Source: an uncultured Verrucomicrobiae bacterium
GTDB taxonomy: Bacteria > Verrucomicrobiota > Verrucomicrobiia > Chthoniobacterales > JAATET01
DNA: 64,000 nt
Assembly (NCBI GenBank): GCA_963719495.1
Contig: CAVRCI010000014.1
Coordinates: forward strand, 96,001-160,000
Reading direction: 5' to 3'
Below the pieces are notes generated by a model. It made no database searches. It was not told the DNA's origin and saw only the letters and a program-made list of their open reading frames with translations. Both the position numbers and the translations under genes were made by a program. Positions 61,651 to 64,000 of the stretch are shown here, piece after piece; the first letter of the stretch is position 1, and each line of letters opens with the position of its first letter.

Positions 61651-63516
61651 CTATCTATTGACTGAATCGATATCGAGGCGGGCGAGGGGCTCGAGTGCCC
61701 GATGGAGCTCGGCGAGTTTGAAGGGTTTGGGAAGAAAGTGATTCATGCCGACTTCGAAGCAGCGGTCGCGCTCCTCCTGGAAGACGGCGGCGGAGAGCGC
61801 GATGATGGGGATCGACGACGGGACGTCGAGATGGTTGGGCTCGGCCCGGATGCGGCGGGTCGTTTCCCATCCGTCGAGTTGCGGCATGTGGCAGTCCATG
61901 AGAATGACGTCGGGGGCCGATTTGCCTCGGAGGATGGTGAGAGCCTCCTCGCCGTGGGCGGCGAGGGTGCATCGGCAACCGATCTTGCCGAGCTGGGCGG
62001 CGAGGATGCGTCGATTCACCGCGTTATCCTCGACGACGAGGACGTGCAGATCGAGCGGGGTGAGCGGGGTGCTGGTGGCGGGAGCGTCGGGTCCGGGGGC
62101 GGCGGGTTCGAGCGGGACGATGAACGAAAACGTGGACCCGCGACCCGGCGAGCTCTCGGCGGCGAGTTGCCCGCCCATCATGACGACCAATCGGGAGCTG
62201 ATGGCCAGGCCGAGGCCGGTGCCGCCGAAGCGGCGAGTGGTGGAGGAATCGGCCTGGGTGAATCGGTCGAAGACGCGGGCGAGGGTCGGGGTGTCCATGC
62301 CGATCCCGTTGTCGCGCACCGCGAAGCGCAGCGGCGCCGGATTGGATCCGGGGTGCGCGCAGGTCACGGTGACTTCGATGCGCCCGTCGGCGGGCGTGAA
62401 CTTGCGGGCGTTGGAAACGAGATTGATCAGGATCTGGCGAAGGCGAAGGCCGTCGCCGCAAAAGTGGCCGCCGACGGGGGTGGCGACTTCGAAGCCGACC
62501 GGGGCGCGGTCGGATCCCGCCTGGCCGACAGCGAGCGCGACGCTGTCGGCAACCAAGCGACGGAGATCGAATGGCCGGCACTCGAGTTCGAGCTGTCCGG
62601 CTTCGACCTTGGAGAAATCGAGGATGTCTCCGATGAGGCGCGCGAGCAATTCCCCGGAATCGACGATCAACCTGGCGTGCTCGACGACGGGAGGCGGGAG
62701 TTCGTTGTGACCGAGGAGCAGGTCGGCCGAGGCGACGATTCCGTTGAGCGGGGTGCGGATTTCGTGGCTGACGTTGGCGAGGAAGTCGCTCTTGGCTCGG
62801 GAGGCCTCGTTGGCGCGCCGGGTGGCGTTTTCGAAATCGAGGGTGCGTTCGCGGACGAGGCGCTCGAGGGTTTCGTTCGATGCGCGGGTGGCGGCCAGGG
62901 ATTCTTTGCTGCTTCTCTGGGTGGAATCGAGGATTCGAACGAGCGCAAATCCAACGGCGAAAAAGAATCCCGTCGCAAGCAATCCGTCCCGCAGGATCGT
63001 GAGAGCGGCGGGATGGATCGTGGCGGACAGCGAGGCGTGCTGAAACGCGGTGACGTGGAAGCCGATCTGGCTCGTGGCAACGAGGACAAAGACGACGGTT
63101 GCCACGACCGGCGCGGCGAAGACCAGGGCGATGAACAGAACGACGAGCCCAAACATGAGAATCTGGAAGGCTCCGCTGAGCGGAGTGGGGTAGTCGGATG
63201 CCAGGAAGATGATCGCGAAAACGCCGCCCGTCGCCAGAAGAACGAAATGGTTCGCCGCGGATCGAGCGTGTCCGCGAAAGACCAGCCGGAGGGAGTGGGC
63301 GGCCGCCAGAAACAGGACCGCGTTGATGGCCAGGCGGTAGGGGACGGCGGATGGCTGGATCAGCAGGATCTTTCCGACGTTGAATGGGACGAAGGCGAGG
63401 ACGAGGACGTTGACGGCGGCGAGCAGGCGGGCTTTCAGACCCGCGAAGGAGGACTGCCCGCGGTAGGCGGAGTCGAGGCGATCGAAGATTCCTTTCAGGT
63501 TGGCGGGCGTTCTCAA
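61651..63516 (-). CDS. Membrane-bound hybrid histidine kinase (6TM, HisKA, HATPase, REC)
   Basis: SHEIRTPLN, SNARKFT, FTQADSSTTRRFGGTGLGL, LMDCHMP; start uncertain (TTG 63516). Confidence 0.88.
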   Translation of the reverse strand: MRTPANLKGIFDRLDSAYRGQSSFAGLKARLLAAVNVLVLAFVPFNVGKILLIQPSAVPYRLAINAVLFLAAAHSLRLVFRGHARSAANHFVLLATGGVFAIIFLASDYPTPLSGAFQILMFGLVVLFIALVFAAPVVATVVFVLVATSQIGFHVTAFQHASLSATIHPAALTILRDGLLATGFFFAVGFALVRILDSTQRSSKESLAATRASNETLERLVRERTLDFENATRRANEASRAKSDFLANVSHEIRTPLNGIVASADLLLGHNELPPPVVEHARLIVDSGELLARLIGDILDFSKVEAGQLELECRPFDLRRLVADSVALAVGQAGSDRAPVGFEVATPVGGHFCGDGLRLRQILINLVSNARKFTPADGRIEVTVTCAHPGSNPAPLRFAVRDNGIGMDTPTLARVFDRFTQADSSTTRRFGGTGLGLAISSRLVVMMGGQLAAESSPGRGSTFSFIVPLEPAAPGPDAPATSTPLTPLDLHVLVVEDNAVNRRILAAQLGKIGCRCTLAAHGEEALTILRGKSAPDVILMDCHMPQLDGWETTRRIRAEPNHLDVPSSIPIIALSAAVFQEERDRCFEVGMNHFLPKPFKLAELHRALEPLARLDIDSVNR

Positions 63517-63593
63517 GGAAACGAAAGTATCGTGAGGTGCCTGCCCGGGGCGACGCGCAAATTCACCGTGGGCACCGCCGGTGACCGGAGCGG

Positions 63594-64000
63594 TCAGGCC
63601 ATTTTTCCGAGGATGCTGGTGAGGTAGGGGAGGAGCTGTTTTTTGCGCGAGACGACGCCGTCCATTTGCCAGAGGTGGGGGCCGAGTTCGGGGTAGTCGA
63701 TGTGCTTGGTGTAGCCCTTGTCGCCGCGGACGATCAGCACGGAATTCTGCGTGTTGATGTCGGTCACGAGGAGGGCCGAGAAGAGCAGGTTTTTCCCGCT
63801 TCGGAAGGTTTCGAGCGCCTCGATGAGGGCGTCTTTTTTCTCGTCGAAGTGCGAGAAGCTGAGCTCCTCGATCTGCGCGACCGAGAAGGCCTGGCCGCGC
63901 TCGGTGTAGTCCTTGCAATCGGCGGTGACCGCCTGGTCGGCGGTCATGGTGAGGAGCGGCGAGCCGACGGAAAAAATCTCCTCCGCGAGTTTCGCGGGTT
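63594..64000 (-). CDS. ppaC: Mn-dependent inorganic pyrophosphatase, C-terminal DHHA2 domain (partial)
   Basis: DCKDY, VAQIEE, LLVTDI, GVVSRKKQLLP. Confidence 0.85.
   Translation of the reverse strand, partial: PAKLAEEIFSVGSPLLTMTADQAVTADCKDYTERGQAFSVAQIEELSFSHFDEKKDALIEALETFRSGKNLLFSALLVTDINTQNSVLIVRGDKGYTKHIDYPELGPHLWQMDGVVSRKKQLLPYLTSILGKMA

Overview
High-GC bacterial chromosome segment. The PEP-CTERM proteins, Verrucomicrobia-style TPR proteins and repeat families suggest the PVC superphylum, probably Verrucomicrobia (inference). The backbone is housekeeping: an ABC/MFP exporter, recG, recJ, ppc, gyrB-gyrA, aroC, gatB, argF, a partial ppaC and several hybrid histidine kinases. Main unusual features: (1) recG carries an in-frame, REP-flanked HUH tyrosine transposase (RAYT) domain of about 225 codons inside its helicase core; (2) a stop-free ORF of about 1326 aa consists of three complete signal peptide-domain-PEP-CTERM modules in tandem, an apparent surface polyprotein, on a 5.7 kb cassette with two TetR genes bounded by a ~170 bp duplication of an STT3/AglB-like gene 3' end; (3) a GxxExxY gene between gyrB and gyrA is bracketed by 9-mer inverted repeats that also occur as empty copies, one of which was hit by an intact IS630; (4) several REP-like, 7-mer and 9-mer repeat families are dense, and some are translated inside genes; (5) a decayed island at 25.8-30 kb holds Fic, DUF4062 and GH20 fragments and a vapBC-like pair whose antitoxin starts with ATA; (6) an ECF sigma factor is frameshifted at a T7 tract within a three-paralog array. 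No rRNA, tRNA or CRISPR array was recognised. All family assignments come from motif recognition by eye, not database searches.
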